Origin: Candidatus Bathyarchaeota archaeon
Lineage (GTDB): Archaea > Thermoproteota > Bathyarchaeia > Bathyarchaeales > Bathycorpusculaceae
Assembly: GCA_963768425.1 (NCBI GenBank)
Contig: CAVYHV010000006.1
Location: 160,001-224,000, forward strand
Direction: 5' to 3'
Length of the DNA stretch: 64,000 nucleotides
The notes under the pieces: model-generated
Databases searched by the model: none
Seen by the model: only the letters and a program-made list of their open reading frames with translations
What the model was told of the DNA's origin: nothing
Program-made: the position numbers and the translations under genes
Part shown: piece after piece, positions 42,622-53,083 of the stretch
How positions within the stretch are numbered: position 1 is the first letter of the stretch
Layout of the letters: each line of letters opens with the position of its first letter

Positions 42622-43400
42622 TTAGAGATTTTCTGGTCCGAACGCTGGTTCATCGGCTACTGAAGCGAAAATTTGTTCGGCGTATTCTTCTTGTTCTTCG
42701 TTGCCGCTGACTGCAAGCCAATATGCTCCTTCAGCTCCGCAGACTCCGCCTGAAGCGATCAACTCAACGCATGCGCCGGTTAAGGCAGCCAACGCGTCAA
42801 GCTCGGTAAATACTTCTCCGGGAACCGGCAGCAAACGGCTTCCACGAGCACCCGGGCGCATTAAGTTTCTCGGCAAGGGCAAACAAGTCGCCGTTCACGC
42901 GTTTTTCTAAGCCTACGGGTATGATGAGTTTTACTCGGCGTCCGACAACGGCTGGCAAGGCTAAACCTATGGTTCCTGCTTTGGGGTGACCAATCAAAAT
43001 CGCGGCCTGTCTACGGGTTAAATCCAGGGCGTTTGCGCCTTTCAAGATGACGTCGCCTTCCTTGAGTGAGTCAACAACGTCCTCAATCGACTTGCCCTTC
43101 TGCCAAACACCCTTGACAATCACGACGTCGCCTGGAAACGCGGTCACGTCGGATAGCCTCCCCGTTCCAGTGACGGATTTTTTTGACGGCAGAGTGATGC
43201 CGCGGAAAAAGTGTTTCCTCGAAAAATCACATGCGATCTGGTGCGTTTTCAGGATTTCTTCAGCAACGTACCCGTTGGTTGTTCCAGCCACAATGACAAG
43301 CGTTCCATTCTTGAGCGCCTTTCTTAATCGCGGGGTGGTTTGCCAGGGTTTTAGCAATTAAACGTTTTCCCGCCGCTGGAGTGATAACGAATTGTTTCAA
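42622..43400 (-). CDS. Conserved hypothetical protein, two frameshifts
   Basis: [17 protein letters not shown] + [15 protein letters not shown] + KGANALD + IPVGLEKR + GGVCGAEG across three frames. Confidence 0.7.
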
Positions 43401-43866
43401 AGCAAGCACCTTAAAGATTGTTATCTGAAGGTGCATAATAACAATTTTGTTGAGCGCATCATTATTCTTCGAAGGATAATTTTAGAAACCGATTTCTGGA
43501 ATTGACAATTTTCAATTTATCCAAAAAACCATGGGTTTATCGTCAAATAGAGCCGAAATTCATAAATCTAAATATGCAGAGACCCTAAACTAACCGTCTT
43601 GGGAGCGTGCCTGCAGAGTTATCCTTAAAAGAAACTCGGCGCCTATGCAAGCGCGGCATTGAAATAAAAATAGCGAATCAAAACCAACCGATGGCGAACT
43701 AAGTTGGAAAAGTCGTCTGTAAAAGGATTCCAAATACCGTTGGTCGAGAAAAGCTAAGCTCTCCGAGGTTGAAGAGCATCAGATAAGAAATAGAGTTGGA
43801 ACACATGTCGGATAAAATAATTCAAGCTAATAGATTTCAAAAAAGGAAATGTGAAGGGTAATTCTT

Positions 43867-46663
43867 ATGGGAACATTAAATCTTGATAGTATTTTCAACC
43901 CTAAAAGTGTAGCTATTGTCGGAGCCAGTGACGCTGAAGGCTCAGTAGGCTACGCGATTGTAAAAAATTTTACTAAAATGGGGTTCGCAGGCAAAGTTTA
44001 CTTTGTCAACATTCGAAAGCCAGAGATTTTAGGTGTTAAAACTTTCAAGTCAGTCGATCAGATTCCGGAACCTGTCGACCTAGTTATGATTGCCACACCT
44101 GCCAAAACCGTTCCTGACGTCATGGAGGAATGTGGACGGGCAAATGTGAAAGGCGTAATCATAGTGTCTGCGGGCTTTAAGGAAACAGGTGCTGATGGGA
44201 AAGCTTTAGAAGATAGGATTCGTCAAATCGCCAAAAAATATGGAATCCGAGTTGTAGGACCAAACTGCATCGGCGTGCTTCGTCCCAAAAATAATCTTAA
44301 CGCCACTTTTTTGGATAAAATGCCTAAAGCAGGCAATGTTGCTTTTCTTTCTCAAAGCGGAGCTTTAGGCTCAGCAGTTCTTGACTGGGCAATCCATGAA
44401 AACATCGGTTTTAGCAACTTCGTTTCCGTCGGCTCCATGGTAGACGTGGACTTCGGTGACCTGATAGATTATTTCGGTTCCGACCCAAAAACCAAAAGCA
44501 TATTGATGTACGTAGAAGGCATAACGGATGCACGCAAATTCATGAGTGCAGCAAGACACTTTGCAAGAGCCAAACCAATAATTGTAGTCAAATCTGGCAA
44601 ATTCGCTGAAAGCGCAATGGCCGCAGCTTCTCATACGGGTTCGCTCTCAGGAGAAGATGGCATTTACGATGCTGCTTTCAAACGTGCAGGCATTGTAAGA
44701 GTCAGTGAAATCGCAGATTTATTTAACTCCGCGGAAGTCTTAGGATCGCAACCCCTACCCAAAGGTCCGAAATTAGCAATAATCACTAACGCAGGTGGAC
44801 CAGGCGTAATGGCGACGGACGCTTTAATTGCTTATAGCGGCAAGTTAGCGAGTCTAAGCCAGAAATCGCTGGATGCTCTCAACGGCGTGCTGCCTCCTTT
44901 CTGGAGCAAAGGCAACCCAATCGACGTTTTGGGTGACGCGAAAGCTGACCGTTACAAAGCTGCTCTTCAAGCTTGCCTCAACGATGAAAACATCGATGGA
45001 ATCTTGATTATTTTCACTCAGCAAGCAGTGTCAGAAGCAATAGAAATTTCCAAAAACATAGTTGATCTTGTACGCAACAAAACTAACCAAGACAAAACAA
45101 TCTTAACCTCGTTTATGGGTTTTGGCCCAGTTCAAGAAGCCAACAACATCCTAAACGCAAACAACATCCCAACATACTCAACTCCTGAACAAGCAATCAA
45201 AACATACATGTACATGTACGAGTACCAACGCAACAAAGAACTCCTATACGAAACCCCTGAAGAGTTACCCTACGACGATTCACCCCCAAAACGCCCCATA
45301 ATGGTCATACTACGGAATGCTGCATTTGAAGGCCGAGACGTCTTAACTGAAGACGAAGCAAAAAAAATACTCAAATACTATGATTTCCCCATCGTAACAA
45401 CAGAAGCCGCAAACAATGTAGAAGAAGCAGTGCAACTTGCCCAAAACATGGGTTTCCCAGTTGTACTAAAAATTCTCTCCCCCCAAATCCTCCACAAAAC
45501 AGACGCCGGCGGAGTAATTCTAAACATCAACACTCCAAACAAAGTTCGAGAAGCTTTCGAAACTCTAATCCAAAGAGCAACAGCCTACAACCCAAACGCG
45601 CAGATAATCGGTGTTACCGTTCAACCCATGGTTGAGAAAAAAGGCCAGGAAATCATAATCGGCGGAAAAACCGATCCAGTCTTCGGCCCAGTAATACTAT
45701 TCGGTATGGGCGGTGTCGGTGTAGAGCTTTTCAAAGATTACTCAATTGGGATTCCACCATTAAATACAACTCTGATTCACCGCATGATGGAAGACACAAA
45801 CATTTACCAACTGCTCAAAGGATACCGAGGTTCAGCTCCCGTTGATCTTAAAAAACTCGATGAAACCATGCTGCAATTCTCGCAGTTGCTTGTTGATTTC
45901 CCACAAATAAAAGAAATTGACATCAACCCACTCTTAATCAACGAGAAAGAAGCATGCATTCTTGACGCCCGCATCGTAATTGACAAAGATGCAGTTTGCC
46001 GCAAATTTGAGTTACACGAACACATGATTATTAGCCCTTACCCAAAAAAATACGAAACAATTTGGCGCCTAAAAAGCACACAAGAAGTACTGCTGCGCCC
46101 CATAAAGCCAGAAGACGAACCCATGTGGCTTGAAATGTTCCAAAGCTTCTCAGAAGAATCCATACGATACAGATTCTTCCAAATGCTAAAAGACACTCCA
46201 CGTGAAGTTCGAGTCCGCTACTGCAACATCGATTATGACAGAGAAATCGCAATTGTCGCTGAAATGGTTGAAGAACGGAAAAAGAAAAATCCTCGGTGTA
46301 AGCCGCGTCATCATTGAGACTGATGGAAAAAGCAGTGAAATGGCCTTCATCGTAAGCGACTACTGGCAGGGACTAGGTTTAGGAACTAAAATGGTTGACT
46401 ACGCGCTTGACATCGCAAAAGAAAAAGGCGTCGAAAGCGTCTACGCAATAATGCTGCAAGACAACTACAGAGCTTTGAGCTTGACAAAGAAAATGGGCTT
46501 TAACCTTGAATACTTAAGCGACGGAACAGTCAAAGCATCACTTAACTTAAAAAACGAAGACATAGATTCACGATGCCTAATAACAAATGTACCTGAACCA
46601 CTTCAAGAACAAACAAAGCAACCAAAAACCGCGAAAACAGAAGAAAAGACCGCTCCGGCGTAA
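43867..46663 (+). CDS. Acetate-CoA ligase (ADP-forming) family / GNAT fusion (Pat-type acetyltransferase architecture), frameshift ~46285
   Basis: FNPKSVAIVGAS, GPNCIG, SQSGALG, ASHTGSL, TNAGGPG, ATP-grasp HKTDAGGV, then GNAT WQGLGLGT. Confidence 0.9.
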
Positions 46664-46675
46664 TCGATAAGGTAC
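46417..46675 (+). repeat. Direct repeat copy 1 (3' end of acyl-CoA synthetase/GNAT gene)
   Basis: Nearly identical to 52751-53010. Confidence 0.95.
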
Positions 46676-46828
46676 ATCCTTCTTTCTTCGAATAATTATT
46701 CAATTTTGAGTAATAATTGGGGTCACCTTTTTCACATTGGTGTCTGTGTGCTTAACTTATTTTTGAATATGGAGTGTCTGAAGAATACTTTTATCTGTGA
46801 GTATGAAAATTATACTTTTGGTAATAAA

Positions 46829-47119
46829 ATGGGGCAAGAAGAACCTGAGATTGCAATCGTTGGAACAAAAGGTCAAATAGTTATCCCACAACGACTCCGA
46901 AAAGAACTAAACATAATTTCAAAAACAAAACTCATAGTATACCGATCAGGGGATAAAATTGTGGTAACCAAGCTGGAGCTTCCACCTTTGAAGGAAGAAT
47001 TAAAAGATCTTTTCAGCGAAATTGATAAACAAAACAAGGGCAAAAAGATTTCTGACAAGGAAATTTTGACGGAGATTCAAACTTACAGACTTGAGAAGCG
47101 GGCCAAAAAAGGCGCATAA
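46829..47119 (+). CDS. AbrB/MazE/SpoVT antitoxin
   Basis: VGTKGQIVIPQRLRKELNI; start at MGQEEPE. Confidence 0.9.
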   Translation: MGQEEPEIAIVGTKGQIVIPQRLRKELNIISKTKLIVYRSGDKIVVTKLELPPLKEELKDLFSEIDKQNKGKKISDKEILTEIQTYRLEKRAKKGA

Positions 47120-47120
47120 A

Positions 47121-47696
47121 ATGGCTCGAGTGGTAGTTGACACGAATGTTTTGATATCAGCGTTGATTAATAACGGAAAGTCAAGAAAACTTGTCCTTAA
47201 ATTGTTAGAGGAACATACAGTAATATTATCTAGTCAGATATTAGCTGAATTGGCTGATGTTATCTCAAGAGATAAATTTTCTGTTACAAGCTCTCAGGTT
47301 GACAGGTTCATTTCGATTCTGGTTAAAAAGGCAACTATCGTTTCAGTGCGTTCCATTCCAAAGGTCATATTGGAAGATCCTGACGACGATGTAGTCCTCG
47401 CCACTGCTCTCAGTGGAAAAGCCGATTACATAGTTAGCGGCGACAAGCACCTCCTCAAAATAGCTTGTTATGATGAAGACGCAGATAGTTTCCGTGAATC
47501 AATTTATTCAAATTATAGCCAAGCGTTAAGGAACATCTTGAAAGCAAGTGTGGATCGGCAGTTCCAAGTTTTTAGATTTTCACTTTGCAAATTTCGTATA
47601 CAATCAAATGCGGATACTTCAAGTAAAACCTATACAAATGAGGATTTTCTTTTTCAAACTCAACACTTGGATCAGGCTCATAAATCCTACAAATAG
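47121..47696 (+). CDS. PIN-domain (VapC-like) toxin with replaced C-terminus
   Basis: VVVDTNVLISAL, DPDDDVVLATA, ADYIVSGDKHLL; similarity ends ~47462 and the frame runs on into the convergent gene. Confidence 0.8.
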   Translation: MARVVVDTNVLISALINNGKSRKLVLKLLEEHTVILSSQILAELADVISRDKFSVTSSQVDRFISILVKKATIVSVRSIPKVILEDPDDDVVLATALSGKADYIVSGDKHLLKIACYDEDADSFRESIYSNYSQALRNILKASVDRQFQVFRFSLCKFRIQSNADTSSKTYTNEDFLFQTQHLDQAHKSYK

Positions 47697-48681
47697 CCAA
47701 ACCATTCTCACTAAGAGCGCTCGTCATTTCATCAAGGGTAAACCAATGATGCGGATTGTCTTTAACCTTGAACTCTATTTTGTAGTTAGGTAAACGTCCA
47801 TGAAAGCGTCCGTTGCTCGAGGAAGTTATGCCTTTTGCAAGTTGACCAAAAAACGGATGCGCCTCAATAATAAAAAATCTACCCTGATCAGCCAGAATTC
47901 TACTGATTTGGCTTAAAGCTTCGGAGAATTCCTTGTGGTTATGTGTTTTTCTGCAATAGTCAAAACTCACAATTGTATCTATAGCCACAATATAGTCAAA
48001 GTATTTGGAATGCACGTTTTTTGCAAAATCAAGAAAATCCCACTGAAAAAACTCTTCGTTATCAAGGTCTAGTCTTTTTTTGAGTTCGTTTGCTTTTTCA
48101 ATTAGAAATGCGCTTCGGTCAATACCGGTCACGTGTGCTCCAAGTTTAGCCAGAATCGTGGAATAATATCCTGGTCCGCATCCAAAGTCAAAGATCTTTT
48201 TTCCTGCAATTTTCTCTTTCGTAAAGAATTGTGCAACAAAATTTTCTACGCAATATTTGTAGTAGGTTCGGCTTTCAGGTCTTATGTCTGAAACGTCATC
48301 GTAAAATTTCTTTTTAAACCATTTTTCCATAATTCCCTGCTGATCATCATGTTCCTTCAAAGCTTGAGGAATTGCTGTTTTCATTGCTTTGTTGACAGCT
48401 GAAACCAACATCTCTTCGACGTTTTGCATGGACCCGTTTGAACAATCATTGCCTATGATTTTTTCGCCAAATGCAGAGTTTAACCATTCTTTGTATTCAG
48501 GCAACGTTTTTTCTAAGACTTCATGGATTGTTGACTGCAGTTTTGCATAAATTTCTGGATCCAATTGTTCAAAAAGCTGAACTTTTTCCGAAGGCGCATT
48601 CAGGTGTTGATTTTGCTTTTTGGCTATTGCAGGCTTTTTAGAGAGGGTTTTAGTTGTTGGTTTATTTTTTGGCAAAAACAA
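47572..48681 (-). CDS. Class I SAM-dependent methyltransferase with N-terminal precursor-like domain
   Basis: IFDFGCGPG motif I, VTGIDRS, FDYIVA; residues ~1-112 paralogous to 50480-50938. Confidence 0.85.
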   Translation of the reverse strand: MFLPKNKPTTKTLSKKPAIAKKQNQHLNAPSEKVQLFEQLDPEIYAKLQSTIHEVLEKTLPEYKEWLNSAFGEKIIGNDCSNGSMQNVEEMLVSAVNKAMKTAIPQALKEHDDQQGIMEKWFKKKFYDDVSDIRPESRTYYKYCVENFVAQFFTKEKIAGKKIFDFGCGPGYYSTILAKLGAHVTGIDRSAFLIEKANELKKRLDLDNEEFFQWDFLDFAKNVHSKYFDYIVAIDTIVSFDYCRKTHNHKEFSEALSQISRILADQGRFFIIEAHPFFGQLAKGITSSSNGRFHGRLPNYKIEFKVKDNPHHWFTLDEMTSALSENGLAICRIYEPDPSVEFEKENPHLYRFYLKYPHLIVYEICKVKI

Positions 48682-48776
48682 TCGCTGCTCTATTTATGAT
48701 CTCTCAAGATAATATTTATGGGTTTAGTGGTTCAAAATAAAGACATAGCTGAGGCATTTTCTTGAAAGTAAATTTG

Positions 48777-50366
48777 TTAATAATATGGAACGATTATTTT
48801 TAAGGGATAATTTCTTTTTGAGCTTGACGTTTTTCCCATGCTTAAGCGGTTCCAAACCGAACGGAGATTTTCATATCGTTGGCTATCGGGCAAAGGCGAA
48901 TAAAAATAACTATAATTATTTCCTGTTTTTTCTTTGCTCAGCTCTATTCCATATTCTTGCGGGTTATGAGAAATTTCTGAATCAGGCAAAACCCCAAAAC
49001 GTGAAATGCTGACTTGATCAATAAATTCTTGGTTTTGCTCTAAGAAAGCAACGGATTGTTCAAAATCTCTCTGAGTTTCCCCTGGAAAATCTACTATCAT
49101 AAATGTCAAAACGCGAATGCCATTCTTTGCAGTATCGCGGATCACGTTTTTAGCAGTTTCTATGTCATACCCTTTTTTCATCTTACTCAGAATTCTCTGG
49201 GACCCAGATTCTATGCCAAACCACAACCCGATACAACCCGCCTGCCGAATTTTCCCAAGCAATTTGTCGTTCATTTCAGAACGAACTCTGGCCATACCCA
49301 TCCACTGCATTCCGATATTTTCTTCAATCAATAAATCGCAGAGTTTCTCCAAAGATTTGATGTTACAATTTATCAAGCTGTCATTGAAGCGAATGGTGGA
49401 AACTCCATATTTTTCTTTGATATGCTTGAATTCCGATACTATGTTTTCTGGTGACCGCATCCGATACGTGTTGCCCCATAGACGTTTTTCAACACAAAAA
49501 ACACAATCACCAACACAACCTCTAGAGCCCACAACCGGCATTATAGGCATCCCGAACTTGTTTTGAGGATATTCCTCCAAGGGCAAATTATCGTAGTCGG
49601 GAAAAGGCAAATCGTCAAGAGATTTAATTAATGGTCGATCGACGTTAGAGATAATTTTGCCCCTCTCATTTCTGAAGGAAACTCCATCGATTCCCTTTAT
49701 TGAATCTAAACTTCCGCCATAGAAATTAGCTATGTCAGCGATTGTGGACTCGCCCTCCCCTCGAACTGTTACGTCAATTTCTGGGTTGGCAGACAGAACT
49801 TCTTCCCATGAAGCGAATGCCGGACCCCCCAAAACTGTCAAAATTCTCGGTTGAATTTTCTTTAATTTACGTGCGAGAAGTATGCTCCACATCAATCCCG
49901 TATGAGTTATTACATGAAATCCCACAACACTTTGACCTTTGGGATCGTTGGCTATCTCCATAAACCATTCATTACAAATTTTCCAAACATCCGACAGTGT
50001 CGTCTGTTTTGATTCTTCGCTGATAATATCTTTGGACGTTGAATTTGAATATGTATAACCTAATTGATCAGAAGCCTCTTTCAGCATTATTTCTTCAAAA
50101 ATTTTTTGGGCATTTTGAATGGTTGAATAAATTTCTGTGTCAGGAACCTTTTTCCATTTCGCCCCTCTCTTGATGCCGCTTTTTCTTAAAATTTCTCCAG
50201 GTTTGATTTCGAGTCCTTGATGGAAAAGAGTTAAGTTAAAAGCTTTAATATTCAGATCAAACGTGCTTACCTTTTGATTATTTGCATTTAAGGTGCTTGT
50301 CAAGTATGGAATTGCGGGATAAGGAACTAAGGAAGAAACTGGAGGGATGCAAAGAAAAACAGGCAA
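48777..50366 (-). CDS. Cobalamin-dependent (class B) radical SAM enzyme
   Basis: B12-binding VVGF...VLGGP...VRGEGE, LDDLPFPDY, SRGCVGDCVFC, GIESGSQRIL, FPGET. Confidence 0.92.
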   Translation of the reverse strand: MPVFLCIPPVSSLVPYPAIPYLTSTLNANNQKVSTFDLNIKAFNLTLFHQGLEIKPGEILRKSGIKRGAKWKKVPDTEIYSTIQNAQKIFEEIMLKEASDQLGYTYSNSTSKDIISEESKQTTLSDVWKICNEWFMEIANDPKGQSVVGFHVITHTGLMWSILLARKLKKIQPRILTVLGGPAFASWEEVLSANPEIDVTVRGEGESTIADIANFYGGSLDSIKGIDGVSFRNERGKIISNVDRPLIKSLDDLPFPDYDNLPLEEYPQNKFGMPIMPVVGSRGCVGDCVFCVEKRLWGNTYRMRSPENIVSEFKHIKEKYGVSTIRFNDSLINCNIKSLEKLCDLLIEENIGMQWMGMARVRSEMNDKLLGKIRQAGCIGLWFGIESGSQRILSKMKKGYDIETAKNVIRDTAKNGIRVLTFMIVDFPGETQRDFEQSVAFLEQNQEFIDQVSISRFGVLPDSEISHNPQEYGIELSKEKTGNNYSYFYSPLPDSQRYENLRSVWNRLSMGKTSSSKRNYPLKIIVPYY

Positions 50367-50479
50367 TTTAGATCATCTTAACTGTTTATACCCATTGGTT
50401 TTATGGTAGCTACTACTTTATGGCGTAAATCGGAGAACTATTTTTCAGTTGATGGCGTTGGTTTCTGAACCGAAGCTTC

Positions 50480-50938
50480 TTATTTGAACTGATCTTTCAA
50501 AGCTTGACGAATTGCTCCCATCATAGCCTCATTGACAGCATTAACAACCATATCGTCCATTTTTCTATTTGGTGTAGGGCAGTCGTTACCACATGAGCTA
50601 CACAAAGGTGTTGGACAGTCGTTTCCACATGAACTACAAAGCGGCGTCGGGCAATCGTTACCACATGAACTACACAAAGGTGTAGGGCAATCATCAGCTG
50701 CTATCAAAGAAGCATCAACCCACTGCAGATATTCTGGCAAAGTTTTTGCAACGGTATCACGAATTGTTGACTGCAGTTTTGCATACATTTTAGGATCCAG
50801 TTTTTCCACAGGTGGCATTTTTGCCAAGAGTTTCGTTAAACGTTTCTTTTGTGCTGGAGTCAGTTTTTTTGCTGATGGAGCGGTAGTTGGTTTTTTTGAG
50901 GAAGCTTTAGGTGTAGATTTATTTTTTGACAAAAACAA
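50480..50938 (-). CDS. Putative multi-core RiPP precursor with Cys-rich repeats
   Basis: (N/D)DCPTPLCSSCG x3 plus NDCPTP, located between two radical SAM genes. Confidence 0.8.
   Translation of the reverse strand: MFLSKNKSTPKASSKKPTTAPSAKKLTPAQKKRLTKLLAKMPPVEKLDPKMYAKLQSTIRDTVAKTLPEYLQWVDASLIAADDCPTPLCSSCGNDCPTPLCSSCGNDCPTPLCSSCGNDCPTPNRKMDDMVVNAVNEAMMGAIRQALKDQFK
50570..50695 (-). repeat. 36-bp coding tandem repeat, 3.5 units
   Basis: Units differ almost only at synonymous positions. Confidence 0.95.
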
Positions 50939-51020
50939 TCACTACAATGATGTATTAAGTCGTCTTATTTAATGTTTATTGTGAAGCAAATTTGAGGTTG
51001 GATCATTTGGGGAAAACTCT

Positions 51021-52438
51021 TCAACTTTTGGTTTTTGCATTTTTGTTTTTTTGAGATTCCAACAGGAAATTGTACGAAATTAGGAGCTTTAGTATTTCAT
51101 TTTGAAAAGTGCAAAAGTAGTCTTCTTTTATGCCAAGTTGCCCCGTTTTAACATAGATATCGTAAGCGCATCCTCCGCCGCAAATTCCAATCGCAGCACA
51201 TCTCATACAGTCTTTATTCTTTAGTGTCCCCATTTCCAGCCATTTATAAAACACGGGTTCTTCTTGAACTTTCAAATCATCTTTAATTGGAATTTGATAT
51301 TTTCCCGACGGATAAAACGCGTGGCAAGGACCCACTGTTCCAGTTGGCGAAAAAAATAGTAGTTGACCAAAAGCTGGGCAATCGTAAAGGTGGAATATTT
51401 CTTTGAAAAAATAATTTGCACGCCGATTATCAATGCGATCTTCAAACATGTGCAATTCTTTTGCTTTTAAGTAGGCCCCAAAAAGATGATGAGCAAGCTC
51501 TTTGGGGTCTGGAACTTCAAATTCGCTTGGCTCTTTAAGTCTGGTCAACAAGTTGAAGCCTATGGTTCTGACGCCTAATTTCTGGATAAATTCTATTATT
51601 TCTTCTGTGTGCTCATAGTTCTGTTTCGTAATGGTGCATGATATTCCTGTGTTTACACCCGCCTCTTTTAGAAGCGCCAACGCTTTGAGTGCTGAGTAAA
51701 AGGTTTCTTTTCCATCGGTGAAAACACGGTTTTTGTCAATGTTAGCCCACCCGTCAAGCGACAACCCCACGGTAACGTTGTGTTGTTTAAGTTTCTTAGC
51801 TATGTTTTCGGTTATTAGGCTTCCATTTGTTACGCAGGAAAACAAGAATTTACCTTAGAAGCCGCCTCAAGCTTCTCCATGATATAGAATACAATTTCAC
51901 TATTGCTAAACGGCTCTCCCCCATAAAAAGTGACCCTGTATTCTGGAACCTGTTTTGCCTCGTTGACAAGAACATTTATGACTTTATCAGCCAAATCCTT
52001 AGACATCACTGCACTTGGGCCTTTTAGAGAGTTTTCTATAAAACAGTAACCGCACCTGAAATTGCAGAAGTCGGTAACCAAAATGTAGGCAAGATTGGTT
52101 TGTGGTTTTTTTCTAAGCAGACTGGTTGCAAGAGTTTCAAAAACTTTTTCCTCATTAAAGCCTTGAGGAACCAAAAATTTTAGTTCCATTAACTCTTTAA
52201 TGTCCTTGCCATGCTCGCCCTCACTTAGATCTGCCAAAACCTTTTCGTACTTTTTGTTGGTTAAGTACACTTTCTTTAGAGTTAAAGAATTGAAAAGACA
52301 CTTCGTTGATTCATCAATATCAAACAAGTGGACAAACGGCGAAAGAACCCCTTGAGCAAGCTCTTCACGGAGCACTCGCTCAGAAGACTGGTTTTTATTC
52401 ACAATCACATTAACCGCCTTAGATTGTTTCTTGCTCAT
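51021..52438 (-). CDS. Radical SAM/SPASM peptide maturase with N-terminal RRE-like domain (frameshift ~51840)
   Basis: TDFCNFRCGYC, FYGGEP, TNGSL, SLDG; SPASM CPAF...GPCH...CMRCAAIGICGGGC...FC; N-terminal beta3-alpha3-like segment ending LMELKFLV. Confidence 0.9.
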
Positions 52439-52750
52439 TTACCCACCCAAAAAGAAAACCATCTTAAATGTCCCTAAATTAACAAATTATTAAAATCTTT
52501 CCTAAATCCCATTGACGACCATTTTCGATGTACAGGATAAACCTTTTGTGTTTTTCCATTACTTAATTGTGAAAAATAATGGTGCACCCTTGGTTACCCT
52601 TCTTTCTATTTGGCTGTTTCGAATCTGGCTGCTTCAATTTGAACCGGTCCTCAAAAAGACAACGAAACTATACAGTTAAGTTATCGAGATTATCAAAAGT
52701 AGACTTGTTTGCTCTAAAACAGGGCACAATTTATATTGAGTTGAATAATA

Positions 52751-53010
52751 AAAAGAAAAGGCGTCGAAAGCGTCTACGCAATAATGCTGCAAGACAATTA
52801 CAGAGAGCTTTAAGCTTGACAAAGAAAATGGGCTTCAACCTTGAATACTTAAGCGACGGAACAGTCAAAGCATCACTTAACCTAAAAAACAAAGACATAG
52901 ATTCACGATACCTAATAACAAATGTACCTGAACCACTTCAAGAACAAACAAAGCAACCAAAAACCGCGAACACAGAAGAAAAGACCAGTCCGACCTAAAC
53001 AAAAAGGTAC
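52751..53010 (+). repeat. Direct repeat copy 2 (degenerate 3' fragment of the acyl-CoA synthetase/GNAT gene)
   Basis: Matches 46417-46675 with scattered substitutions, a 2-nt insertion and a 1-nt deletion. Confidence 0.95.
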
Positions 53011-53083
53011 CACATAGTGAAGCGCATTTATTGTTTTTCTTCTTCGTAAATTTTGAGCTCGAAAAGAATTTGCTTGTCCTTTA

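Noticed and set aside
50570-50695. 36-bp periodic repeat as a possible CRISPR array
   Set aside because: There are no unique spacers, variation is confined to codon-synonymous positions, and no cas genes are present.
50532-50972. Plus-strand ORF with GVGQS.PHEL repeats
   Set aside because: It is the antisense shadow of the precursor; substitutions are silent only on the minus strand.
52579-52998. 139-aa ORF as an independent gene
   Set aside because: It is a chimeric reading of the duplicated 3' fragment of the acyl-CoA synthetase/GNAT gene plus upstream non-coding sequence.
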